A stretch of DNA of 64,000 bases, taken from the NCBI GenBank assembly GCA_951406725.2, contig OX597825.1, positions 51,584,001 to 51,648,000 on the forward strand, read 5' to 3'. Positions 12,971-25,772 of this stretch are shown here, one piece after another (position 1 is the stretch's first letter; the number at the start of each line of letters is the position of its first letter). Below the pieces are notes generated by a model. The model was not told the DNA's origin, made no database searches, and saw only the letters and a program-made list of their open reading frames with translations. The stretch comes from Octopus vulgaris. Lineage: Eukaryota. The position numbers were made by a program, and so were the translations under genes.

Positions 12971-14992
12971 GGCCTCTAATAATGATGATGATATCTCTTA
13001 TGGCACAGTGAGTCATCAGAATTTATGGATATCAAAACACTAGTTAAGCAATAGGAGATAAAAGGGACTGAATAATGAATTTTCAAATGCAAAATATTAA
13101 TTGAACACCTTAGTGGAAAGGCTGTTGCAGAAAGAAAGTTGTGACACTGTTGGCTGACTGAAAACGTAAAACTGTTGCTCACATTAAGCACTATCAAACA
13201 AAGAAGATAGCAGAATGAACTTTATGATTCTAAAAATAAACAGAACATCTCCAGTTCGTATCGAATGATTTAGAAAGTAAATCTTATTAAGTGGAATTAA
13301 TCCAGCAGCTTCAAACGCTAGTGAGTTACTCACAAATATATATATACGCAAAGCAAGCGGAGTATTGCACACACACGCACACACACACACACGAAAATTT
13401 CAGAAGAAAAATAATAATTTGTGGATATTGAACATGTGAGTGTGTTAATTAATAAGTCATTAAAATAGAATGACTCTCCCCAGACATGATATATATATAT
13501 ATATATATTTCTTGGAATTAGGTTATTATTATTGTTGGCCGAAATAAAATATTGGATATTGGATGTACAATGTATAGAATAATAAGTGTTGAATTTCTCT
13601 AAGTGAACGTAAAAATCTGTTATAGGATGAAAGCATATAGAAATTATCATTATTGGTTCTACAAAAACATCATTAGCGATAAAAAAAGCCATAGTATATA
13701 ATTAAACGCACAGATACTTTAGATGATATCAATTGGATTAATATGTACACTGAATACGTTATTAAATAGAACAATATATTGGTATAAGTAAAGTATGTTA
13801 TCTGAAATAAATATATGTCTTTTGAGATACAAAATTGTTTATTAAAGATAGAAGTACAACATTAGTTTTTAAAATATTATCTTGAACTGAAAAATGCATT
13901 AGTGTAAGACGTGTTAAAAGAAATAAAACCGTACTGGAAACAGAAAAAAATACTTTGCGTGATATAAAACATACAATATTATAGGTAGATCTATATTATA
14001 AGAGGTAACAAATACATTATCGGAAGGAAAACTTCATTGTCAGAGATCCATTGATAGAAGAATAAGTAAAATATCGTATCATTACTTATATCAATGTAAT
14101 ACTGTGAAGTATTTAAAAAGGACGGTGTGAATAATGATGATGATGATGACGAAGTTAGTGTTTGCAGTGTTGGCATTGTTGATGCTGGAGGTAAAGTTAA
14201 TGGAAATGGCTGTGATAAAGGTTATGATGATGAAGACAACGCCGATAATAGTGGTAGTAGTGGTGGTGGTGGTGATAAGATTACAATGACCTTGGTGAAG
14301 ATAGTAATGATTTGTGGTGTCAGTTGTAAAGAGGTTGGTTGTAAGCGTGTATGAACGCATTCACCGCCCGCTGTTAGGCTCGTGGCGTATTTAGAAAGCA
14401 GTATTCTCTTTTCTTCATTTCAGCTCCTAGAGGTGACAAACAAAATAATAAAGTTAACAACGACAACGTTAACACCACCGCCATCACACTGATTAATAAT
14501 AATAATAATAATAATAACAACAACAACAACAACGATGACGACGACGGTAACGACGGTGACGACGATGATGATGATATTGATGATGATTATAATTGCAACA
14601 ATGATCACATGCCATTCAACGGTGTGAAAGGATACAAGAGAGTCGGATAATGATTATGAATTCTGAACACTATTTCTGCAGTGTTGTCATGCTCACAGCC
14701 GTTGGCCATTAGGTGTGCAGCAGATTGCAGTAAATTATGTGACCTGTTTCACTAACATATCTCCCAATCTAGGAAACACCACTTATAACTGTCATCAGAT
14801 GAACCACTCCACAGTTTGATCACGTTACAATGGTTGTATTTTATATAGTGCCATAAGGGCATTCTTATTGCTTACAGTCATAACGAGTTAACTTGTAAGA
14901 TCATATTCTAAATAGACATAAAATTGTAATAACGATGGTGGTCATGATGATGAGAGGAAAAGAGGAAGAGAGTGGATGCTGCTGCTGAAGAT

Positions 14993-15071
<79 letters not shown>

Positions 15072-15124
15072 TAATGATGATGATGATGATGATGATAATA
15101 ATAATTATTATTATTATCAATGTT

Positions 15125-15730
15125 ATTCTTCCGTAACACAGTGTACGTAAAAATGCACTGGATGATTTTGGTCATCTGTCAAGTCACAACAAGGACTTCA
15201 GACAGGTAATACTTTCTTTAAGATGCACGCTGTGCCCAATAAGGCTGCTTTTTTGCAAGACATCAATCTTGCATGGGATTTCCATTTGCCTTGAGAAGTT
15301 TTAAAATTTTAATGGAATTGAGCCCAACGCTCCGATCGCGCATTCCATAAAATCTTCCCATTTCCACTTTCAATTTGGAGTACTTGGTGCTTTTTTCCAC
15401 CTCTTTACTCATGACATTCGTGTTATTTGGTATGGTTACATCAATGGTCTGACAGTATTTGTCTCTTTTATTCCTCATACTAGTTCTCTGTTACTTCATA
15501 TTGGTATTTACGACACAAGAGCCAATGAAGACACACACACTTTATCGCGGCGGTGCTTGTATTCTTTTTGTGCAAGGGGTCACATTTTCCACACTCTTTC
15601 CACAGTCTGCATTTCTGGGTGTCAAAAGTTTTATAGATGTTGTACTGCCCTGAATTAGTAGCGAGAGCCTGGTCTTGTGCAGCAATGACCAGGCTTTCGG
15701 TGGTACGCTTTAAATCACTTTGCTCAAACA
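15125..15730 (-). mobile_element. R4/Dong-clade retrotransposon 3' fragment
   Basis: SDLKRTTESLVIAAQDQAL, IDVTIPNN...EKSTKY..LK.E, LQKAALLGTA.ILKKVL*; 3' end next to (TAA)n. Confidence 0.85.
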
Positions 15731-16494
15731 GAAAAATAAAATTCAGAAATTAAAAAATTCAACTATGTGAACTTCAGTATATATCTACATTATAATATTT
15801 TCTATCAGTAATTAAAAATAGAACAATATGAATTGCTTCTTTTCAAGGCCAAGATCAACGCTCTCATTGATCGCTAGAAGTAGTAAACACATTTGACCTC
15901 CACTGACTCAAAGGGTGTGAAGCCACTTTTGTCTCCTTATTGCACAGGGATGTCCATTGCCTACCTCCTCACCGTCTGCCGAATCTATTTACAGACCTGT
16001 AGAATTTGGTCTATTCACCAAGCTGTTACTCTCCCCCCCCTACTATTCTCTTCAACACTCATTTATGATTATCTGAAGTACAAGACAATAGTTGAAACTA
16101 AACAACATTTAATAATACCTTTTAATAATAAATAGAAATAGTAATAACAACAGCAACAGCAACAACAACAATAATAATATTAATAAGTTTTAACTACAAA
16201 CGTAAACAGACTGCATATGAAAAGAAAGAATGGTGGCAGAGGACTGAGTAGTATAGACCATTGTATAAGGAGTGAAAAGAGAACGCTTGCCGAATATTTG
16301 ATAAATATTGACGAAGATCTGCTGCAATATACCGGGTCCCATATTATTATTGATGTTTTTAAATGCTATAGGTAGAACGATAGTGATAATGATAATCACT
16401 GTGGTTAGGGAGACAGCACATTATTTATAAATATGTCTATGTACTTACATGTACGCTTGTATATACAAATAAAGACGGGAAGAGAAAGATGGGA

Positions 16495-16759
16495 TCTCAG
16501 TAACAACCCCACGAACAACTCATGAAATGATGATACAACACAACAAGGAAAGAATTAACGGTGATACTGAAGCTATAGCCGATAATGGTGATGGTTTCCC
16601 GCCCGGTACGTCCGAAACTGCCGGCATCAGGGGCAGTGATCTGGCCTTGGACGGTTGTTATGTCACAACATATCACGTACACGGTGTGCGCAAAAATAGA
16701 CGTAAGTGGACGAAGGAGGAGTACGATACACTTATTGAATATCATGAATGAGCGAGGTG

Positions 16760-16760
<1 letters not shown>
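16495..16760 (+). mobile_element. R4/Dong-like ORF N-terminal fragment
   Basis: RKNRRKWTKEEY...EY resembles the R.KWT.EEN..MECY N-terminal motif of these ORFs. Confidence 0.55.
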
Positions 16761-16802
<42 letters not shown>

Positions 16803-16803
<1 letters not shown>

Positions 16804-17360
16804 TGAGTGAGAGAGCAGTTCATGCCATCAAAGTGACACTGGGGTAAAATATACGAAGCCCAATATACCCATCATGACTACCCGTCTGATAAGGGCACAC
16901 CAGGCACATGCATCACAACCATATGTGCGCGGCATGGTGATTTCATATCAAGATAAACTGCACATGACCTTGCAGGTGGGGCCCAGTTAGAATTTTCTTC
17001 AGGTTGAGTAGCCCATCCCGCTCAAACGGTCCCTGAATAAGGGTTGTTTAAGGATGTTGAAAAACCCACCCATGTCTCCAGAGGTGAATTATTCAAACCC
17101 CAAAGAATCCCTCTCAACACATGGCTATGATGCTCCCCCACTACTTCTGCTCGTGATCAGAGATGCACATATCGTCAGCCACTAAGGGACATGCTCAACT
17201 GGTTAAGGTCAAACAACTGACAAGCAAATCTGTGGTATTGAGCAGAATATTTGCTGTAGCCCATCTTTTATACCAAGACAGAACAATGTACATGATTACA
17301 CTTCCAATCAGTTAAGATCAGAAGCCATGAGAGCCTCTGCCTGGTACTGCAACAGGGCAT
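16803..17360 (-). mobile_element. ~558-bp non-coding interspersed element flanked by (TTA)n on both sides
   Basis: Aligns in reverse complement with 63515-64000; both ends are embedded in TTA/TAA repeats. Confidence 0.85.
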
Positions 17361-17567
17361 TTATTATCATTATTATTATTATTATCATTATTATTATCAT
17401 TATTATTATTATTATTTTCATCATTATTATTATTGTTATTATTATTATATTATACCAACAAAATGTTGGACTATAGCCGAATAAGAAAAAAGAAATTTAG
17501 AAATTAAAAATTTCAACGATGGAACTTCAGTATATATCTACATTATTATATTTTCTATCAGTAATTT

Positions 17568-17945
17568 TCTGCCCCATATTTTTCATGAGATATAGGGCAG
17601 GAATAGTATCTTGGAAGAAGCATGAATTACAAGTGATAGACCGGAAAACACGTATATTAATGACAATGAACACGGAACTACACTCAAGAGTGGTGGTCAA
17701 GACTGTATGCAAAGAGGAAAGAAAGGGGACGGGGATTGGTGTGTTGTGAAGGTTGTGTAAGGAGATAGGAAAATAGCTTGGCTTGGTATGTCAAGGGGAG
17801 TAAAGGGGAGTAAAGAATGATTGAATCAGTGAAAATGCGAGGAACCTTAAAAGTGAACAAAGCCGTAGATCCAACACTATATTTAAGAAAGAGCAGACAG
17901 AGCAGATGAAAATTTGGTAGGACAAGAAACAGTTAGTAAAGAAGA
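17568..17945 (+). mobile_element. R4/Dong-clade RT C-terminal fragment
   Basis: RYRAGIVSWKKHELQVIDRKTRILMTM...ELHSR...RLY...GRGL. Confidence 0.8.
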
Positions 17946-20212
17946 TAGCTGAGGAGAGCATTTCGTTATTTATCCTCACCTTCCTTTCTGATTTTGACCG
18001 GAGAAATTTGGTTATGTGCTTATAATTTCCAATGTAAGTACAAGGCCAGATATTTAGGGAATGAGTTAATGAAGCTAATCAAATTAATACTGGACAGGAA
18101 GATTATTTTATTAACCCCGAACAGGTAAATATATTTTATCCGATACTTTAACATTTCTGTCCATCGGTAGTTCTAAATATCAATCTCTATATCAGACACA
18201 AGTCCTGAAATATGTGCAGGGCACTCCAAACAATTCTACATTACAATGAGACATAAAAGTAAAGACAAAAGGTTGTCCTTTTTGTTTTCCCTTCCTCCTA
18301 ATCAATTTAGCAAATCCATACTCACCATTCTTATATACCTTTCACAATATACACGACGGAAGGCTTTGTGAAACTTTCTACTCTCATCTTCGTTCCCCAG
18401 TGAAACGTGAAGTATTTTCTAGAGATCTGGAAGATCTTTGCTTTGACACGACATGATAGCTGTAGTGGTAGACCTTTATCTCAGTCACCGATATCTTGGA
18501 GGGAAGCAAGGATTTGTGTTTTGGGAGTAACATCCGCGACTAAGTAGTCATTTTTGGAATCCACACTGCTCACCCCGCACTGGGAACGACTATAGAATTC
18601 ACCCTGTAGTTTCGGCTTAATTACTGAATTACATCCCAAACTGACTCATCCTCATCTGTGTTTGAAAGACTAACATATTTGGAACGGGAAAATGTTATCT
18701 TTGATAAACATCAATAACAGTCCAAGAACAAAGCTCATTGCTCGATAACTCAATCGATTTGAATTCGATATCTTTCATCTCAGCCAGAGCCCAGTGGAAG
18801 ACAATTAAACGCGTAACTACCCTTTAGGGACATCACTTTAATATATCACGAGGCATTAGAGTGAGATTTTATTTTCAATCACTATTTCAGGATGAGGTAG
18901 TTCCCTGTTGATGTCAATGGACAATTGATGAGATCGTGCCTTTACTTTGTTCAAAACCAGCATGCAACAGTCTTCAGCACGTTCACTCCATCATTACATG
19001 CTTATGAAAATGTAAAATGGTTGAAACTTATTCTCTTTCTAGCCTCAGGAAGTAAGACATAATCATTGTCCTTTGAAGCATATTACCTGTGAGCGGGAAA
19101 AAGATCAACACTTTTAAAGAGGTAATATCAGAGAAATGCCAGCGGAAATGTCGAATTCAGTTGGATCCTTCATGGGATATATTAAGGAGACGATCTTAAC
19201 ATCACTAAAGTTTATTTTTTAGACAGAAGAAATAGTCCAAGACTTCATCGTCTTCATAGTAATGATTGATTTCGTCTTTATTAGGTCTAGATATGATAAC
19301 GACAAGATCCACATAAAAACTAGCACAAGTGTCGACATCTAGTGTACTAACCAATGTCATATCTGACAAAAATTCTGCTCTGGAAGACAACCATTTTTAA
19401 ATTTGAGAAATTCTTGTAATGATAACACAACCATGAAGTAATCTTGTAGGGTACAGAAAAACAAGAAAAAAGAATAACTAAACACAAATAGATGAAAATA
19501 CGGAGATTTGCAATAAAGAATAAACAGCTCTCAAACGTAAACAGAACAAATACACACTGAAAATATCACATAACAACCGATCAAACATATAAAAGATAAA
19601 CTGACATAAACTAACGAAATCAATACAATACAGCACACGTATGTCACATGAACCATGAAACAACTGTATCACAACACAAAGAAATTGACGTACGACAAAA
19701 GAGCACATTTATAGCGGATGTGTCCTCAGTATACAATGTCTATAACACAGAAGATCTGATCACGCACAGAACACAACGAATCACTGAAACAATATCAGAC
19801 ACGGACAATAAAGAAACAAAAAATCAGAATGAAGCTAATGGTCACAGAATATATGAATATATCAATGTATGTTTATAATATATATTTATATGTGAGTGTG
19901 TATGTATGTGTATGTAATGTATATAAGTAGTTAGATGGATATATTGATATTTAATGTATATAAATATTCATTAACACGCATACACGTACATAGACTTTAT
20001 ATATGCTATTAGACAGTATAAGCAGCAAAGTAAGAGAAGCACTTAGACGAGACTAGCAGGTACCTATCGCTTCTTGGGTTATCGAATTATAAATGCACCA
20101 TAGAGCACCTACCCGCCCTCTCTCCCAAATTATATACTTATATGTTTGTGTTTATCTATCTCTTATTTCACTTCTCTCTTTGTGTCTGTTTGGATATATA
20201 TATGTATGTATG

Positions 20213-20269
<57 letters not shown>

Positions 20270-20529
20270 ATCTATATATATATAAATGTGTACATCAGTA
20301 TGTGCGTAATTCACATGCATACACTTATTTATCTTGACAAAATAATTAAATTGCAAAGCTATAAGATTGTAGAGTAGAATAATATCAAAGCACCTATTAA
20401 TCTCTCATACCTTTTTGAAAATTACACGTGCTTGATTGCTACTGAGGAAAGAATCGACACTAGCTTTCAGCATATTGAAGAATTTACATTACAGAGTGTA
20501 AAGTATACATATATTTCATTCGTTTATTC

Positions 20530-20914
20530 TTTTATGTATTGCAGTCATTTGAATGTGACCGTACTGGAGTACGGTCCTGAAGGTTTTAGTCGAACAAATT
20601 GATTCTAAGTTTTATTTTTTGAGCCAAGTTCTTATTTTATAGGTCTTCTTTGCCAAACTGTTAAGTTACGAGAACAGAAACTAACAATCACCGGTTGTCA
20701 AGCGGTGATCGGAGACCAACACAAAGATGCGCGCGCGCGCGAAGAAGCGCGCACGCACACACACACACTCACACACACACACATATATATACATGAAGAG
20801 CTTCTTTCAGTTTCCGTCTACCAAATCCAATCTGAAGGCTTTGGTCAGCTCGAGGCTAAAGTAGATCACACGTGCTCAAGATGTCACGCAGTGATACTGA
20901 ACCCGGAACCATGT
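20530..20914 (-). mobile_element. tRNA-derived SINE (family A) body, lacking its first ~40 nt
   Basis: Matches the intact copy at 62101-62512 from acatggttccgggttcag onward. Confidence 0.85.
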
Positions 20915-23900
20915 CCCATCTATGGACGACTATGGAAGCCGTACATAGATGGGACAAAACAAGGACATATAGATATAGAGGGTGAAGAAGTTGCTTATTA
21001 CGGATGAAACAGTTGCGAATGATAAAATATAAATGTCATGCTGTTAAAAATTAGATGTCTTTTTGTTTTTCCTTTTAAAAATTTCAACATAAACTTGATT
21101 ATCATTTGCAATGTGTGACTGAAGAAAAGGCATCCAACCACCAGGTTCGAACCTTTACTGTTTCTTCTGGTCCCACTTACCGGGTTCCAGTCACTCGCAG
21201 CTTTTCCACTACTTGTTTAATTTTTTTTCGCAAACATATCCTGTGACAGGTATCTCTTCTCCGGCCTGATATTGCTATCGAGGTGGTAACTAAAGAAGTT
21301 AACCAACCCCTAGTCGGGGTTGGTTAACTATACCTCTTACACGCGTCTTTTCCGTTAAGGGAAGGAGGCGGCACAATATTGATAATAGTTTTCTACTCAG
21401 GGCACAAGGCCCGAAATTTTTGTGGAGACGGTCAGTCGATTAGATTGACCACAGTACGCAACTGGTACTTAATTTATCGAACCCGGAAGGGTGAAAGGCA
21501 AAGTCGACCTCGGCGAAATTGAACTCAGAACGTAAAGACGGACGAAATACCGCTAAGCATTTCGGCCAGCGTGCTAACGTCTCTGCCACCTCACCGCCTT
21601 ACTAGACTCAGCCGATAACTGTACTCTTCCCATCGTTGACAACAGTTGCTCGACAAAAGTTATCAGTATTAATAATTCCGGACACTCCACGAAGGCGTGC
21701 AAGACAGTTTCTCTGTCCCGCCCGAACCTCGGGCATGTTGGTGAGACTGCACTTCCGAGCCTTGACAGCTTGTCTCGAAAAGGCAAAGTCAAACGGTAGC
21801 ACTCCCAAACCAAGAATTTCTGGTAATTATCCATATACTCCGGCTCGAAAATTCTCCTGGACAGGCTGATCAACTGATTTCCATCGACGCTCAGGGTTCT
21901 CGCCAGGACATCATCTGACATAAATTCCACAAACCCGCTATAGATATCTACTGTAGAACTCTTGTTTCCGGTATTGCCCGCCCAAGAGAGTAGCTGGAAT
22001 TCCTGACAGCAATTGCCCATGCCTCAGCTTAGGTCTTCGTTTGATCCATGGACCAATGTCTGTTAAGGACATCAACAATGGAATGTAGGACCCTACGTAC
22101 GGTGACCACATCTGCTCCCCATCTAGGTAAAACCAAAGGTACCTCAACCTTAACGCGAATTTTTGAATCCTCTGCGAAGACATCCCTAGCCCACCCTTTA
22201 GCGGTTTTTGGCTGTAGACTGAACGCCTCACAAGTGGCTTTCCTCCCTTCTACAAAAAGCGAAAGAGGATTCTTTCCAACTTGTTCATCCACAAATCGGG
22301 GCAAGGCACAATGGTCAGGCGGTAGGTGATGACATCTGTGCCAACTCCGCCCTCCCACGCAGGTCTGGGTTAAGGCAGTAACCCTGCTCGTGACCTCGCT
22401 CCAGTTCTCTATCTGGAGGCCTGGGCCGAACCATACCACTAGTAACATAACCGGACCTTTCGTCCAACGCCCCACAACATTCTTGGACAACATCGACTTG
22501 CCCTTCCAGGTGCCGAGTTGCAAGCCAACCGACTTGTCCTGGTTAACCTTTGCTCCTGCAACCACCACGTATCCCTTGATGGCGTTTTCCACATGAGGAA
22601 GCTGCCCTTCTTCGGACACGATAATGTCATCCGCATACACAGAGGCTCCACTTCCACACCACAGATCATTCGGCACGCCCCCTAACAAATTCAACTTCCG
22701 CAGCAATGGCGCAAGAGCCAATACATAAAAAAACGGTGACAGGGTACATCCCTGGCGTATTGAGCGTTCAATCTTAAACAGTTTTGAAAACAACCGTTCA
22801 TTCGGACGATAGACTCGATGTCGCTGTTCAATGCAGCAAACTATCCGCGGAAAGTTGGGCCCAACCCAGCCTCCCCGAGGACCGCCGCCAGGTACAGATG
22901 GTGGACACTATCAAATGTGTTAGACTAGTCTAAATGTACAGTTGCCACACCTTTGCCAGATATTTAACCCCCCCCCCCTCTAAGGAGTAGCGTATAAAAT
23001 AAAGATTGTTGTCAATTGCCTGCCCGGAATAGCGCAAATTTGCGCCTCCCCAACAAGTCTGTACACGACACTTGTCAACCATTTTGCTAACACCTTGGCC
23101 AAAACCTTTAACTCTGTTTTTAGCAGTGTTATGGGCAGAAAATTACTTATGGCATCCCCCTTGCTCGGGTCCTTCCTGTTCAACGTCCCAACTCCACGGT
23201 TCGCAAATCTGAGAATTCTTCCATTCTGTTACCAGTTGGCGTAGACGCCGGCCAGTATGTGTCTGAACAAGTCTGGCCTACTTTTGTAAAACACATAGTA
23301 TAGATCATAAAACCCGGCGACTTATCCCTGGGGCACTCGGATAGCGCTTCATTCACATCCACATCTGTAATTGCCGCTTCATAGTTCTCAGCTTCTCATG
23401 CCGAGAGACGCGGGCCACCATCTAGGAAGTTTCCTAAGGGCCTCACCATTTTCTAGCGTCCCGCTCCTACCGAACAACTCGACGAAGTGCTTGTAAAATG
23501 CCTCACACATCTCCTTCTGTCCTTTGACCAAACTTTCATTTTCGTCAGTCAAAGACCTGTTTATGCCATCGTTGCCACGCTGGGTTTTTACCGTACTGGC
23601 CTACCCGATAACATTAATTCCCTCGCGGCCCAATGTTCGTACTTTAGCCCGAACCCTGCATCCTTCATCTTTGGCTTTGAGGTGACGGTCCAAGGCCGTT
23701 CTCGCGGCTAGAATTTGGGATGCAGAGCTCAATCTCAACGCCTCTTCTAAAGCCATAAGTAGGTATGGCCTTATCACACCATTAGTGTACTTGTCCTTTT
23801 GCCCTCAACATGAATTTTGAGGACCACGTCCTCGCCCACAAGCACTTTATTGGGAACCCTTTCTTTGTCTTTTGGTGCCGCTTGAATGATGGCCGCAATG

Positions 23901-24225
23901 CTCTGCCCGAACCAATTTTTGGAGGCAGGGCATCTTACTTTCAGGGTATTAATTTTATCTTCCCTGTTAAACAACAGGGCAGCCATTACCCACGCGGCAT
24001 GAACCTCCGGTGGTACCTCTGTCAACCTGACACGGGATGTGCGTCGCCCCATATAGTTGGTAGAAGCATCACTTCTTTTGTCTTCAAGGGGCTGACAGAG
24101 TGCTCGCGAGCCATCTCTATTGTTCTGAATCTGGCTTGTTATATAACTATCTTTCCATATGGGTGCTAGGCATATTTCAATTTTATTCTGTTCCATATGC
24201 TTCATTTTTTCCTTCTGGGCACAAC
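20915..24225 (-). mobile_element. Tx1/L1-like element: ORF1 fragment joined to an ORF2 lacking its endonuclease
   Basis: ORF1-like 24225-23774, then tether/RT motifs DKSPG, NFLPITLL.TELKVLAK, SIRQGCTLSP, YADD and CPRFG..ETVLH, then a 3' UTR to 20915. Confidence 0.85.
21385..21600 (-). mobile_element. SINE (family B) inserted into the Tx1 ORF2
   Basis: Head aaggcggtgaggtggcaga...; it interrupts the LINE between VQLSAES and IINIVPP. Confidence 0.85.
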
Positions 24226-24290
24226 GCCTGGAATTGAACACGGAATCTTGGGGTTAGTAGCCCGCGCTCTTAACCACTCTGCCATATAAC
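24226..24290 (-). mobile_element. Isolated tRNA-like (SINE) head with A and B boxes
   Basis: Minus strand tggcagagtggttaagagcgcgggctactaaccccaagattccgtgttcaattccaggcg. Confidence 0.7.
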
Positions 24291-24299
24291 TGTGGGCAA

Positions 24300-25733
24300 A
24301 TTAGTTCACACCTTTTTTCAAAATGTCTATATTATATTTCTTTAAAATGTTCACGTACCTTACTCTTTCCGGCATTGTGCTGGTGTTTATTTTTTTGTAC
24401 TATTACTCGCAGTCATAGATTTCCATATTCTCATGCACCTTCCAAAGGTTATCCAGGTCCGCCAGAACGCAATAATCGTTCTCAGGCAGACCCCTTGACT
24501 ATTCCGTCCGACGAGTTTACGTTGTTATCCAGTTCCTTATTCTGTCCATTATAATCAAAACATTTTTCCTTACAGGGCGGGTGTGGTAGCTCTGAGGCTC
24601 CTGTGCGTTTGAAATTGTTTATTTATGTCAGACTGTGTGCATGGGGTGGATTGGTTTCTGTAGGGAGTTGTTGGGGTATTGAGAGTAGGGGCAGGATGGG
24701 TGCGATTTGAGGGTCATTCTTTACCATATGTGTCCTCTTTCTTCGTTTTCTTTTCTTCTCTGCTATCTCTCAGCTGTCATTTATCTCTTCTTCCTCGATG
24801 GTCATGTTGTTTTCCTCCACGGGCTGTGGAGCACTTACTACTCTTTTACTCTCCTTAGCCTTTTCCAGTGATGAAGGGCATTCCGCTCTAATGTGGCCCT
24901 TCAGGCCACATTTATAACACCACGGAATTCTTCCCACCACTCTAACTTTCAAAGTAGTTTCACCCACTAACATATATTCTTCCATCTTTTTCAGGTCCTC
25001 CTCCGCGACCATCATCATTTCAAGGGTTTATTCTCGCCAATTCCTTTGGGGCCTTCTGGTAGCCTGCAGGATCACCACCTCCTCCATACCCAGCAGTATG
25101 TCAGCGACCAGCCAGGCTACATCAACTCCTGGTGGTATGCATTCCACTCGAGCCCTGGAAGCACATCTCCCAAGGTACACGGATAGAAGCACCACCTCAT
25201 CTGTCTTCAGCGTTGTGGCCGAGAACAGTTTGGCAGTTGCTATCTCCTTAAACTGCACCTCCACCGTTCCGTATTTTCGTCCCCTAGCATGGTATGCTAT
25301 CTCCTGGCAGACTGACCTTAGTGCCTTTTTCACCTGTGCCTCCGACATTACTTCAATTTTCCTTGTTGTTATGGTACAGGTTCTATAGACAATCATTATT
25401 TCTTCCTTGTCCTTTCATACATTTTTGGGGAGTGGGTGGGGGAGGAACACTTTCACATTGTTCCCCTCCATTTCAAGTATTCCCTTGAACTCGCTCAACT
25501 CTTCCAGATTCACTTTTTCCATTTGTTTTCTATCCGCCGATGCATAATTCTTCTCCATTTCCTTGTCTATCTAGTTTCAGTATTCAACTAATTCCTCCTC
25601 AGATGAATCACATTCTAGGGAAGAATACTTCAATTTCTCTCAACTTCTCGCTCGACGCCCCTCCATTATACAAGAAGAGCCAAAAACACGTGTGTACCAA
25701 GCAAATCCAACAATGCAAATGAACAACCATTAA
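24300..25733 (-). mobile_element. Tx1-like 5' UTR plus ORF1 (CCHC zinc knuckle), degenerate, no adjoining ORF2
   Basis: MEKNYASA start near 25558, RGRKYGTVEVQF, and CYKCGLKGHIRAEC knuckle; in-frame stops. Confidence 0.8.
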
Positions 25734-25772
25734 CTGGAAGCAAGCTTTTAAACACACAGCCACGCCTGCGCC
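25734..25772 (-). mobile_element. SINE family A head (partner of 20530-20914)
   Basis: Minus strand ggcgcaggcgtggctgtgtgtttaaaagcttgcttccag matches the first ~40 nt of the 62101 copy. Confidence 0.8.
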
